NCBI GenBank assembly: GCA_013289265.1
Contig: JABDAH010000005.1
Location: forward strand, 6,392-70,391
Direction: 5' to 3'
DNA from: Alphaproteobacteria bacterium
Lineage (GTDB): Bacteria > Pseudomonadota > Alphaproteobacteria > UBA9219
Length of the DNA stretch: 64,000 nucleotides
The translations under genes and the position numbers were made by a program. Below are positions 49,176-58,918 of this stretch, one piece after another (the first letter of the stretch is position 1; each line of letters starts with the position of its first letter). The notes beneath the pieces were generated by a model, which ran no database searches, was not told the origin of the DNA, and was given only the letters and a program-made list of their open reading frames with translations.

Positions 49176-49709
49176 TTAGATGGCTTTACTGGCTTCAGCA
49201 TGCAAAGCGACATAAACCTGGAACAATTGGCCGTCCAGATGGAAGGGCACAATCATGTAGCGCCCACGATGGAATTGGCTAACAAAATGCCCCTTCCCTG
49301 AGACGACACAGGGAATACCGAGCTTCATATGATAACCACGTTGCGCCAAGCTTGATTTGATCTGGCCAAAAATCATGTTGGTAATTTCGCCTACGGCGTC
49401 AACCGCCATTTCGTGGGTAATCGAAACGGACTTTCCTACAACTTGTGGCAAAATATTACGCACGGTTTCATAGGTCAGACAAAGCGTCAGCGTGCCTTCG
49501 AGATGAGATTGAACCATACCGATAACGCCGGAGACATCGCCCACCAGCGACACCATACCTTCGCCGACTTCAAAAGTACCGGGAACAACTGCGACACCAA
49601 AAGTGCTACGCATGGCATTAACGACAGCGGCCGATATATCCTGAGCAAGCGCTTCGTCGAGAGACAGCGATGCTTGTGTAGCGGTTTCTTTTTCCATGAC
49701 CTTACCCAT
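49176..49709 (-). CDS. cheX: CheX-family phosphatase
   Basis: DVSGVIG, DAVGEITNMIFG (ExxN), LGIPCVVSG; start at 49709 or 49697. Confidence 0.88.
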   Translation of the reverse strand: MGKVMEKETATQASLSLDEALAQDISAAVVNAMRSTFGVAVVPGTFEVGEGMVSLVGDVSGVIGMVQSHLEGTLTLCLTYETVRNILPQVVGKSVSITHEMAVDAVGEITNMIFGQIKSSLAQRGYHMKLGIPCVVSGKGHFVSQFHRGRYMIVPFHLDGQLFQVYVALHAEASKAI

Positions 49710-50136
49710 GAGCCTGAGCATTTTGACGCTTGCGCTTGATCCATTCGTGAATTTCGACAAGCTTCTTGCTGAGATCGGAGGGTGAAACAGGCTTGATGAT
49801 ATAAGATGTTGCGCCAGCCTTGATCGCTTTCATGATGTTTTGCTGTTCGGATTCCGCCGTTAGCATTACAAAGGCCGTATTGGCATATTCTGGCTTGGCG
49901 CGGAAATAACTCAGCACCTCCAGCCCCGATATGGTCGGCATGTTCCAGTCAAGAAACACAACATCATAGGGTTGTGTTACATCAAAGGCTTTTTGAATCA
50001 GGTCAATGGCTTCGTTTCCGTCAGCCGCCGTCTGAACATTGTTAATTTTTGAATCTTGCAGCGTGTTACGCACAAACTGTCGGATCAAAAAATGATCGTC
50101 CGCGATCAAAACTTTAAGATTGGCCAGCTGACTCAC
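49702..50136 (-). CDS. CheY-like single-domain response regulator
   Basis: ADD, LDWNMP, MLTAE, YIIKP; GTG start with AAGGAG RBS. Confidence 0.9.
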   Translation of the reverse strand: MSQLANLKVLIADDHFLIRQFVRNTLQDSKINNVQTAADGNEAIDLIQKAFDVTQPYDVVFLDWNMPTISGLEVLSYFRAKPEYANTAFVMLTAESEQQNIMKAIKAGATSYIIKPVSPSDLSKKLVEIHEWIKRKRQNAQAHG

Positions 50137-50406
50137 TGTTTTTCTCCTTTAAGGCGTAGGCAGATAAGTGGTTGAAATATCTGGATTGCAGAAGCACCTT
50201 CCAGAACAAGGACTTACTCAGATTCGATACCGCACGGCACAATATTTGCCATAAAAACATTGCCGTATGGTTAAGGAGTAATCACTAAGAAACTGCGGGG
50301 TTGCATTCAACAGTAGGGAGGAAGGCCATATTAATCGAAATTTATCTATTAAACACATATTATTTTAATAGAAAAAACAAAGCCTAAGCTCACCTGGCGC
50401 TGAAGT

Positions 50407-51066
50407 TCAGCCTTTACGCAAGGACTTAAGTACGGCTTCGATCGATTGCTGCACATTTACCATGGAAGCCATACCATCAACCGACTTCAACAAACCCTTT
50501 TCACGGTAATAGGGCAGGATCGGCGCCGTTTGTTCATGGAAAGCCTTGAGGCGGGTTTTCATCGTTTCTGGATTGTCATCTGGGCGGCAGACAAATTCCG
50601 CACTGCCGCAGTTATCACAAATGCCCTCTACTTTGGTGGGCTTGAAGTTACTGTGGTAACCCGCGCCGCATTTAGCACAGGTAAAGCGACCAGTTACACG
50701 CTCAACCAGCGCATCTTCATCAACTTTCAATTCGACAACGGCATCAAGATTTTTGTGATGGCGATCCAGCATCGCATCCAGCGCTTCGGCCTGTTTAACA
50801 GTCCGCGGAAATCCGTCGAGAATAAAGCCCTTCTGGCAATCAGCTTGTTGAATACGATCCTCAATCATACGGATCATGAGGTCGTCAGGCACCAGCCTAC
50901 CTTCATCCATCAGCTTCTTGGCTTCAAGCCCCAGAGGCTCGCCACGCTTGATCGACGCGCGCAGCATGTCGCCGGTGGATAATTGCACCATCCCATATTT
51001 TTCTTCCAGCAAGCGCGCCTGCGTTCCCTTCCCCGCTCCGGGTGGGCCTAGGAGAATGATATTCAT
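50407..51066 (-). CDS. adk: adenylate kinase (zinc-binding LID)
   Basis: GPPGAGKGTQA, STGDMLR, LDGFPRT, CxxC...CxxC. Confidence 0.98.
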   Translation of the reverse strand: MNIILLGPPGAGKGTQARLLEEKYGMVQLSTGDMLRASIKRGEPLGLEAKKLMDEGRLVPDDLMIRMIEDRIQQADCQKGFILDGFPRTVKQAEALDAMLDRHHKNLDAVVELKVDEDALVERVTGRFTCAKCGAGYHSNFKPTKVEGICDNCGSAEFVCRPDDNPETMKTRLKAFHEQTAPILPYYREKGLLKSVDGMASMVNVQQSIEAVLKSLRKG

Positions 51067-51084
51067 GAAATAGCAGCTCCCGGT

Positions 51085-52419
51085 TTATTTCTTGCGCAAC
51101 TTGGATTTTTTGATCAGGCCTTCATATTGATGCGCAATAAGGTGCGACTGAATGCGCGAGATCGTATCAATGGTGACACTGACAACGATCAAAAGCGACG
51201 TGCCGCCGAGATAAAACGGTACCGCTCCTTTACTCATCAAGAATTCAGGCAGCAAACAAATGGCCACCAGATAGGCCGCACCCAAAACGGTAAGACGCGT
51301 TAGCACCGCGTCAAAATAATCAGCCGTATTTTTGCCGGGGCGAATGCCTGGAACAAAACCACCATATTTTTTCAAATTATCCGCCGTTTCCACCGGATTA
51401 AAAACAACAGCTGTATAAAAGAATGCAAAAAAGATGATCATTGCAGCGTACAGAACCATGAATAACGGTTTGCCATGGCCAAGCTCTGTAACCAGATCAG
51501 TGAGCCAACCACCTTTTTGGCTCATGCTGGTAAAGCTAAGAGCCGTAATTGGGAACAATAACAGCGAACTTGCGAAAATCGGCGGAATAACGCCGGATGT
51601 ATTGATCTTCAGCGGCAGATGCGAGGCCTCGCCGCCATACATCTTATTGCCAACCTGACGCTTTGGGTACTGAATGAGAATACGACGTTGAGCACGTTCG
51701 CAGAAGACGCAGACAGCCAATACGCCAAAAATCAAAACAATGATCAGAAGAATAAACCATGCTGACAATGCTCCGGTGCGGCCTAGTTCCAGGGTTTGCG
51801 CCATCGCATGCGGCAGGTTGGCGACGATACCTGAGTAAATAATCAGCGATGTGCCATTGCCGATACCACGGGCAGTAATCTGCTCGCCCAGCCACATCAA
51901 AAATACCGTACCGCCGGTCAGTGTGACCATCGTGCTGATGCGGAAGAAGCTGGGGTTAATCACTACGGCGCTGCCGCCCATCATGTTTTGAAGACCCACA
52001 GCCAGCGCATAAGACTGAACAATGGCAAACAAAACCGTCAGATAACGTGAATATTGGTTCAAACGAACGCGACCGCTTTCGCCTTCTTTCTTTAAAGCTT
52101 CGAAGCTCGGAATAATCGCCGACAGTAATTGCACGATAATAGATGCCGTAATGTAAGGCATAACGCTGAGAGCAAAAATCGTCATACGCTTCAGAGCGCC
52201 ACCCGAAAACATGTCGAACATGCCGAGAATGCCGCCGCCATGCTGCTTGAACAGCTCACCCAAAGTTACAGGGTCGATACCTGGAATGGGCACATAGGTG
52301 CCGAGACGATAGACGATCAACGCCAGAACAGTGAAAATAATACGGCTTTTCAGCTCTGTCGCTTTCGAGAAAACCGACAGGTTCATATTGGCAGCCATAG
52401 TTTCAGCGGAAGTAGCCAT
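51085..52419 (-). CDS. secY: preprotein translocase subunit SecY
   Basis: MPYITASII, GIGNGTSL, GVIPPIFASS, PGIRPG, GGTSLLIVV. Confidence 0.98.
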   Translation of the reverse strand: MATSAETMAANMNLSVFSKATELKSRIIFTVLALIVYRLGTYVPIPGIDPVTLGELFKQHGGGILGMFDMFSGGALKRMTIFALSVMPYITASIIVQLLSAIIPSFEALKKEGESGRVRLNQYSRYLTVLFAIVQSYALAVGLQNMMGGSAVVINPSFFRISTMVTLTGGTVFLMWLGEQITARGIGNGTSLIIYSGIVANLPHAMAQTLELGRTGALSAWFILLIIVLIFGVLAVCVFCERAQRRILIQYPKRQVGNKMYGGEASHLPLKINTSGVIPPIFASSLLLFPITALSFTSMSQKGGWLTDLVTELGHGKPLFMVLYAAMIIFFAFFYTAVVFNPVETADNLKKYGGFVPGIRPGKNTADYFDAVLTRLTVLGAAYLVAICLLPEFLMSKGAVPFYLGGTSLLIVVSVTIDTISRIQSHLIAHQYEGLIKKSKLRKK

Positions 52420-52532
52420 AAGGAGAATTCGGGGTCAGGGGTCAAAGATTGACCTAGGATATAAGGGTTAACGCCCCATAAAACAAGCAGATGATGTGGT
52501 GCAGTGCGGGAAGCGGTAAAGTCGCTATTTTC

Positions 52533-52964
52533 CTAGTCATACAAAGCCTTAGCACGATCTTCGAAAGCGGCCACCATTTTCAGCAAGGCCTTGTCAAAAA
52601 ACATCTCCATGGCGCTACGCAGCAAGGAGGAACGGAAGTCAAAATTGACATGAAAGGATAATTCGCATTGCCCTGCCCCGGCAGGCTTAAATTCCCATTG
52701 ATTCGTCAGATGCGCCAGAGGGCCTGACTTATAATGTACCGTAATTGACCGGGGCCGGTCCAAAGTCACAACCGATGTAAATTTCTCCTGAAACATTTTA
52801 TAGCCGATAATCAGGTCAGCGGTCACCGTTTGCTCGTCCCGGCCCAGAATACGGGCTGCTTTGCACCAGGGCAGAAAAGCAGGGTAATGCTCAATACCCG
52901 CTACCAGGTCAAAAAGCTGTTCGGGTTTATAAGGCAACACTCTTACTTCTTTATGCTGCGGCAT
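52533..52964 (-). CDS. RatA/PasT/Coq10 START-domain protein
   Basis: LFDLVAGIEHYPAFLPWC, FTSVV, GPLAHLTNQWEF, MVAAFEDRA. Confidence 0.92.
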   Translation of the reverse strand: MPQHKEVRVLPYKPEQLFDLVAGIEHYPAFLPWCKAARILGRDEQTVTADLIIGYKMFQEKFTSVVTLDRPRSITVHYKSGPLAHLTNQWEFKPAGAGQCELSFHVNFDFRSSLLRSAMEMFFDKALLKMVAAFEDRAKALYD

Positions 52965-53042
52965 GTAATAAGTCCGTGGTCAGACGTTCAAAGTAGGGCT
53001 AAACATTATCAAGCGAAATCAGTTCTAGGAAGCTTCCGCGCG

Positions 53043-54695
53043 ATGCATCGCAGATTTTATTTAATTATTGGCTTTCTGACCCTTTTCACCCTCGGCAATA
53101 TGGCGCTGGCGCATGCTGACTGGTTTACAGGCATCGACGATCTGCAAAAAGTTCTCGCCGCACCAGACATTACTGTTGAAAATGAAGAACTCGCGAAAGA
53201 CGAGCTAAATAGCTTCTACGTTGCCCGCAATTATAAACCTGCATGGAATTTTTCTGGCGAGGCCAATAGCGAAACTTTCGCGGCATTCCTGACTTCGATC
53301 GAGCATCTGATCGACTATCATGGCTTGCAGCGCGAAGATTATGCCGTGGAACTGATGCGAAAGCTGGCAACGGCAACAGATACCGACAGCAAGACCAAAC
53401 TTGAACTACTGGTAACAGATACATTGTTGCGACTGGCGCATGATCTGCACGGGGATAGCTATGATCTGTCGGAACTCTATGTCGGCTGGAATTTTCACCG
53501 CGCACCTGTCGACATTCCTGTTGGACTGGAAGCCGCTGTGGCGAATAACACGCTCAGCGATTACATCAATAACCTTGCGCCCAAAAACCCTGCCTATACG
53601 CAACTGGCGCAAGCGCTGCAAAAATACCGGACGATAGAAACAAGTGGCATTTGGTCCAAAATCGACCTAGGCCCTACTCTTTTACCCAAGGATCATGGCC
53701 CACGCGTCGCGCAACTGCGCGCACGCCTGGCCGCCGAAGGTTACTTACCGCCCCTTTCCCTGCTTGTTGAACAGGCGGAAACATTTAATGATGAGTTATT
53801 TTATGCTGCGCAGAATTATCAAACTCGCAACGGCCTTGTCGCCGACGGACATATCGGAGCAAAGGCTTTAGAAGCTCTCAACACTCCACTTGCGGCGCGC
53901 ATTGATCAAATTCTGGCTAATATGGAACGCTGGCGGCATATGCCGGATGACTTTCCGCCCGACCGCTATGCGCTGGTCAATATTCCGGATGTATCGCTTG
54001 ATATTCACGAAGATGGTAAGCTTATCTATCGCGGGTTGGTCATTGTCGGGCGTGTTGATCGCAAAACGCCCTTTATCCAAAGCAATATACGCAGCATGAT
54101 TATCAATCCAGCGTGGCATGTGCCCACCAAAATCGCGCGTAAGGATATTCTACCCAAGCTGCGCAAAGACCCGCATTACCTTGAAAAACTCGGTTTTGTT
54201 ATCCGCAACAATGAAAATGATCCCCACGGCGATAATATCGACTGGAAATCCATGCCGGAGCGCGCATTTAATTTCCGCCTGCGTCAGTCACCTGGTGACC
54301 AGAACAGCCTAGGTCGCCTGAAATTTGATTTCGATAACGACTTTGCTGTTTACATGCACGGCACGCCACATCAGGAGCTTTTCAAGAAGAATGAGCGCAC
54401 GCTAAGCTCAGGCTGCGTAAGGCTGGCAGAACCAGAAGAAGTGGCGCAAATTTATTTGGCCTATAATAAAGAGCATTGGGATAAACAAAAACTTGAAGAT
54501 GAAATCAATGCCGGTAAAACGCATTGGGTTGGTCTGGCTAAGCAAATGCCCCTGTATGTTGTCTACTGGACGGTTTTCACAGACGATGTCGGAGAAATAA
54601 ATTTCCGCAAGGATGTCTATGATTACGACGGTTTCCTCATGCAAAACATGCGCGGAGAGGCAACGGCAAGCAAGTCAACACCCTCAGAGCATTAA
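53043..54695 (+). CDS. L,D-transpeptidase (YcbB/LdtD-like)
   Basis: Signal peptide from ATG 53043, PG-binding domain, NMERWR, VYMHGTP...SSGCVR. Confidence 0.92.
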   Translation: MHRRFYLIIGFLTLFTLGNMALAHADWFTGIDDLQKVLAAPDITVENEELAKDELNSFYVARNYKPAWNFSGEANSETFAAFLTSIEHLIDYHGLQREDYAVELMRKLATATDTDSKTKLELLVTDTLLRLAHDLHGDSYDLSELYVGWNFHRAPVDIPVGLEAAVANNTLSDYINNLAPKNPAYTQLAQALQKYRTIETSGIWSKIDLGPTLLPKDHGPRVAQLRARLAAEGYLPPLSLLVEQAETFNDELFYAAQNYQTRNGLVADGHIGAKALEALNTPLAARIDQILANMERWRHMPDDFPPDRYALVNIPDVSLDIHEDGKLIYRGLVIVGRVDRKTPFIQSNIRSMIINPAWHVPTKIARKDILPKLRKDPHYLEKLGFVIRNNENDPHGDNIDWKSMPERAFNFRLRQSPGDQNSLGRLKFDFDNDFAVYMHGTPHQELFKKNERTLSSGCVRLAEPEEVAQIYLAYNKEHWDKQKLEDEINAGKTHWVGLAKQMPLYVVYWTVFTDDVGEINFRKDVYDYDGFLMQNMRGEATASKSTPSEH

Positions 54696-54804
54696 CTTTT
54701 TAGAAATATATTGATTCTTAATATCGCTCAGGCTTGTCACGATGGGGAATTCCCTTTAAGTATTAGAGATTCGCGCTACCGATTGCGATCCTTACGGCAA
54801 AGCA

Positions 54805-55356
54805 ATGACGAAAATTTTTGATGGCACACGTCGCCGGTTTCTAGAACTCGGCATTACCGCAGCGGCTTGCAGCATGGCAACGCCTGCGCTTGCCGCTATT
54901 CCGCGTTTCAAGGGTGTGCGCGCTATATCGATGCACAATCTGCACACCGATGAAAAACTACATGTGACCTATTGGAAAGACGGCAAGTATGACCGCGCCG
55001 CCTGGGCCAAGATCAATCATATCCTGCGCGATCATTATTCCGGCGATAGCTGCGCGATGAATTTGCGCCTGATGGACTTGCTCTATGACTTGCAGCGTCA
55101 GGTTAATAACGACAAGCCGGTTGAGATTATCTCCGGCTACCGGTCGCCCAAGACTAATATGATGCTGGCACGCGCCTCCGACGGTGTTGCCAAAAATAGC
55201 TACCATACGCGCGGCATGGCGATGGATATCCGCATGAACGGTACGTCCCTGCCGAAAATCCATAATACCGCCCTCAAGATGCGTCGCGGCGGTGTCGGTT
55301 ACTACCCTGACTCGCAATTCGTCCATATCGATGTCGGCCCCATGCGGATGTGGTAA
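54805..55356 (+). CDS. YcbK/MepK-like peptidase M15 with Tat signal
   Basis: TRRRFL, ISGYRSPKTN, SYHTRGMAMD, FVHID. Confidence 0.92.
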   Translation: MTKIFDGTRRRFLELGITAAACSMATPALAAIPRFKGVRAISMHNLHTDEKLHVTYWKDGKYDRAAWAKINHILRDHYSGDSCAMNLRLMDLLYDLQRQVNNDKPVEIISGYRSPKTNMMLARASDGVAKNSYHTRGMAMDIRMNGTSLPKIHNTALKMRRGGVGYYPDSQFVHIDVGPMRMW

Positions 55357-55455
55357 GCCGCTAAAAAAGTTCCCACATTTATTGAAATGCGCCGCACTTG
55401 CTGCCCTGTTTTGCAGCGGCTAGTATAGTTTTCTCTTTTCTCCTGAAAGCTTACT

Positions 55456-56319
55456 ATGCATCGCAACCTCGTTATCACCCGCGCAGGCGATACCTCCCTG
55501 CATCCCGGATGGATGGCACCAAACAGTGAGCGCAATTGGGATATCGTCGTTAGCTATTACGGTAATAATCCGAACGCGTTTCAGGATGCCCCGTCATTTC
55601 CTCAGGAAGTGCGGCGCATGGATTTAAAGGGTCCAAAATGGCCCGCCCTGAAAGAAACTGTCGGCCAATTAATGCCGGAGATGGATAAATATGATTATAT
55701 CTGGTTTCCGGACGATGACCTTGTTACCGATGCTGCCACTATCAATAAATTCTTTGATATCTGCCGCGAATTTAAACTGAAACTGGCGCAGCCCTCTTTA
55801 ACGCCTGACAGCCTCGTCGGCTGCCCCATCACCCTGCGTAACCGCGCTTTTCGCCTGCGTTTTACGACCTTTGTGGAGATTATGGCGCCCTGCATGAGCC
55901 GCGAGTTTTTTGATCGCTGCTGGCCCAGTTTTGATACCAACATTAGTGGTCAGGGGCTGGATTTTTTATGGCCCAATTGGGTGGGTGATAGCAGCAAGTG
56001 CGCGATTATTGATGAGATCTCTGTCAGACACACGCGCGCACAAGGCGAACTCTATGATGTCTTCAGACAATTGGGTGCTGACCCGCGTGAGGAAATGACT
56101 GCCCTTGTTAACAAGGAGGGGCTTTATCCTGTGCCCATGACCCTGGGGGGCATTGCCCTGGATGGTCAATTACATTCCGTATGGAACAAAGGCCATGAAG
56201 AACTCATCCGGCATTTAATGATTGGCTGGCTACCAGAATATGCCGACAGGCCGGAACTTCTCTATAAACTGATCGCGCCTATTTTGATGTTTTTACAGGC
56301 GGAACAGAAGAAGCCATAG
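55456..56319 (+). CDS. DUF707-like putative glycosyltransferase
   Basis: [35 protein letters not shown]. Confidence 0.7.
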   Translation: MHRNLVITRAGDTSLHPGWMAPNSERNWDIVVSYYGNNPNAFQDAPSFPQEVRRMDLKGPKWPALKETVGQLMPEMDKYDYIWFPDDDLVTDAATINKFFDICREFKLKLAQPSLTPDSLVGCPITLRNRAFRLRFTTFVEIMAPCMSREFFDRCWPSFDTNISGQGLDFLWPNWVGDSSKCAIIDEISVRHTRAQGELYDVFRQLGADPREEMTALVNKEGLYPVPMTLGGIALDGQLHSVWNKGHEELIRHLMIGWLPEYADRPELLYKLIAPILMFLQAEQKKP

Positions 56320-57247
56320 CATTCCTGGCTTCGCGCAGTTTCTTGAAATCGTCACCGGCATGATGCGAGGAGCGTGTCAGCGGCGAGGCAGATACCATTA
56401 AAAAGCCCTTTGCCCGTGCCAGTTTTGTGTAGCTCTCAAACTCATCCGGCGTTACGAAACGATCGACAGCGGCATGTTTTGGCGTCGGCTGCAGATATTG
56501 GCCAATGGTGATGAAATCGACATCGGCAGCGCGCATGTCGTCCATCACTTGCCCGACTTCTTCACGGGTTTCGCCGAGGCCGACCATAATGCCGGACTTC
56601 GTAAATATCGTGGGATCGATTTCCTTGACGCGCTTCAGCAGGCTAAGCGATGTAAAATACCGCGCGCCGGGACGAATGCCAGGATAAAGCCGCGGTACCG
56701 TTTCCAGATTGTGATTAAACACATCGGGCTTTGCCGCCACGACGGTTTCAATCGCGCCGTCTTTCTTCATGAAATCAGGCGTCAAAATTTCGATAGTGCA
56801 AGTCGGCGATGTTTCGCGCAACCGCGTAATGACGCGGGCGAAATGCGCGGCCCCGCCATCATCCAGATCATCGCGGTCAACGGATGTAATGACAACATGA
56901 TGCAGTCCAAGCTTGCCCACAGCTTCGGCCAGATGATCGGGCTCATGCGGGTCGAGCTGATCCGGCTTGCCGGTCGCGACGTTACAGAAAGCGCAGGCCC
57001 GCGTGCAGACAGACCCCAAAATCATAAAGGTCGCATGCTTTTGCTTCCAGCATTCGCCGATGTTAGGGCAAGACGCTTCCTCACACACCGTCACTAAATT
57101 CAGGCCGCGCATCAGCTCGCGCGTTTCGTTATATTCGCGGCTATTGGGAGCCTTCACGCGAATCCAGTCCGGCTTCGGCGGCGATAGATTATCGGGCCGA
57201 TGGGCTTTCTCCGGATGGCGGAGCTTGGCTGGTGTCTGGACGTCCAT
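56279..57247 (-). CDS. lipA: lipoyl synthase
   Basis: [31 protein letters not shown]. Confidence 0.98.
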   Translation of the reverse strand: MDVQTPAKLRHPEKAHRPDNLSPPKPDWIRVKAPNSREYNETRELMRGLNLVTVCEEASCPNIGECWKQKHATFMILGSVCTRACAFCNVATGKPDQLDPHEPDHLAEAVGKLGLHHVVITSVDRDDLDDGGAAHFARVITRLRETSPTCTIEILTPDFMKKDGAIETVVAAKPDVFNHNLETVPRLYPGIRPGARYFTSLSLLKRVKEIDPTIFTKSGIMVGLGETREEVGQVMDDMRAADVDFITIGQYLQPTPKHAAVDRFVTPDEFESYTKLARAKGFLMVSASPLTRSSHHAGDDFKKLREARNAMASSVPPVKTSK

Positions 57248-57253
57248 GGTTTC

Positions 57254-58663
57254 CTAGATATGCACCGCGCGGCCATACGCGTCCAGTACCGCTTCGTGCA
57301 TGGTTTCCGAGATCGTGGGATGCGGGAAGATTGTGTGCATAAGCTCTTGTTCTGTCGTCTCTAATGTCCTTGCCACGACATAGCCCTGGATCATCTCGGT
57401 CACTTCGGGGCCGATCATATGGGCACCCAGAAGCTCACCGGTCTTGGCATCAAATATGGTTTTGACCATGCCTTCGGGCTCACCCATAGCAATGGCCTTA
57501 CCATTGCCAATGAAGGGAAAACGCCCAACTTTAACAGCGCGACCAGCGGCCTTTGCCTTGGCTTCGGTCATACCAACGCTGGCGACCTGCGGCGAGCAGT
57601 AGGTGCAGCCCGGAATATTATCGGCCTTCATTGGATGCACGCCTTTGACATTGGCGATGCGCTCGACGCACAACACACCTTCATGGCTGGCTTTGTGTGC
57701 AAGCCACGGTGGCCCCGCCACGTCGCCAATCGCAAACACATTCGGCTCGCCGGTTTCGCACCACTGGTTGATCGTGATATGCCCGCGATCCACTTTGACC
57801 TTGGTATTTTCAAGACCTAGGTTTTCGGTATTGCCGGTGATACCGACCGCCATAATCACGCGGTCGAAAGTTGAAATTGTGGACTGGCCGCCCTGCTCGA
57901 TCGTCGCTGCAACATTATCTTTGCCCTTATCGAGCTTTTTGACCGTGGCGCCAGTGATAATTTTCATGCCCTGTTTTTCGAACGCCTTGCGCGCGAAGGC
58001 GGAGATTTCTTCGTCTTCCACGGGCAAGATACGATCCATCACTTCCACAACCGTGACTTCGACACCGAGCGAGCGATAGAAACTGGCGAATTCGATGCCG
58101 ATAGCGCCTGAACCCACGACCAGCAACGACTTCGGCATCGCTTCCGGTACCATCGCTTCTTTATAGGTCCAGATCAGCTTACCATCAGGCTCCAGCCCCG
58201 ATAATGAACGCGCACGGGCACCTGTTGCAATGATGATATTCTTAGCTGTCAGGTCGGCTACCTGCTTGCCATCTTTAGTAACCTCCACCTTGCCTTTGCC
58301 CTGCAGCTTAGCCTGGCCTTCGACGACTGTGATCTTGTTCTTCTTCATCAGGAATTTGACGCCCGTCGAGAGCTGATTAGCCACTTTCCGTGAACGCTCA
58401 ACAATCTTTTTAATATCGAAGGAAAACTCCTTGATGGTAAAGCCAAAATCACCCGCATGTTTAAGGAGATTGTTAATCTCGGACGAGCGCAGTAGCGCCT
58501 TAGTAGGAATGCAACCCCAGTTCAGGCAGATGCCACCCATATGCTCCCGCTCTACCACGGTCACCTTCATGCCGAGCTGCGCCGCACGGATAGCCGCAAC
58601 ATAGCCACCGGGGCCACCACCGATGATGATAAGGTCGGTCACTGAATGGGTTGATTCAGACAT
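57254..58663 (-). CDS. lpdA: dihydrolipoamide dehydrogenase (PDH-linked)
   Basis: GGGPGG, GGICLNWGCIPTK, FPHPTISE. Confidence 0.97.
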   Translation of the reverse strand: MSESTHSVTDLIIIGGGPGGYVAAIRAAQLGMKVTVVEREHMGGICLNWGCIPTKALLRSSEINNLLKHAGDFGFTIKEFSFDIKKIVERSRKVANQLSTGVKFLMKKNKITVVEGQAKLQGKGKVEVTKDGKQVADLTAKNIIIATGARARSLSGLEPDGKLIWTYKEAMVPEAMPKSLLVVGSGAIGIEFASFYRSLGVEVTVVEVMDRILPVEDEEISAFARKAFEKQGMKIITGATVKKLDKGKDNVAATIEQGGQSTISTFDRVIMAVGITGNTENLGLENTKVKVDRGHITINQWCETGEPNVFAIGDVAGPPWLAHKASHEGVLCVERIANVKGVHPMKADNIPGCTYCSPQVASVGMTEAKAKAAGRAVKVGRFPFIGNGKAIAMGEPEGMVKTIFDAKTGELLGAHMIGPEVTEMIQGYVVARTLETTEQELMHTIFPHPTISETMHEAVLDAYGRAVHI

Positions 58664-58666
58664 TTG

Positions 58667-58918
58667 TTAAGTCTTTCGTTTGTAGATAGAATCGACCCAC
58701 ATTTTTTTAATTATGGGCATAGAAAAAGTTGACAAGAGATAGCCCAAAACAGCAACAGCCGTTTCCCATAAGTTGCCATGGAGAAGGACAAGAGCAGCAA
58801 TGCAGGTAACAACCGAAATCAGTATGCGACGGGTCCAACTTATTTCCCACGCTTTATCGGATTCAACTCGGTGATTACGCTCTTCGATAATACGAACTCT
58901 TTCTTCAAGATCACTCAT
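58667..58918 (-). CDS. small two-TM hypothetical protein
   Basis: 83 aa, TAATG coupling to pdhC, AT-richer. Confidence 0.7.
   Translation of the reverse strand: MSDLEERVRIIEERNHRVESDKAWEISWTRRILISVVTCIAALVLLHGNLWETAVAVLGYLLSTFSMPIIKKMWVDSIYKRKT

Noticed and set aside
52533-52964. RatA as a third toxin-antitoxin system
   Set aside because: START/Coq10-like protein conserved near lipA; no antitoxin partner adjacent
7309-58663. Two lpdA copies
   Set aside because: Separate OGDH- and PDH-linked E3 genes are normal in Alphaproteobacteria
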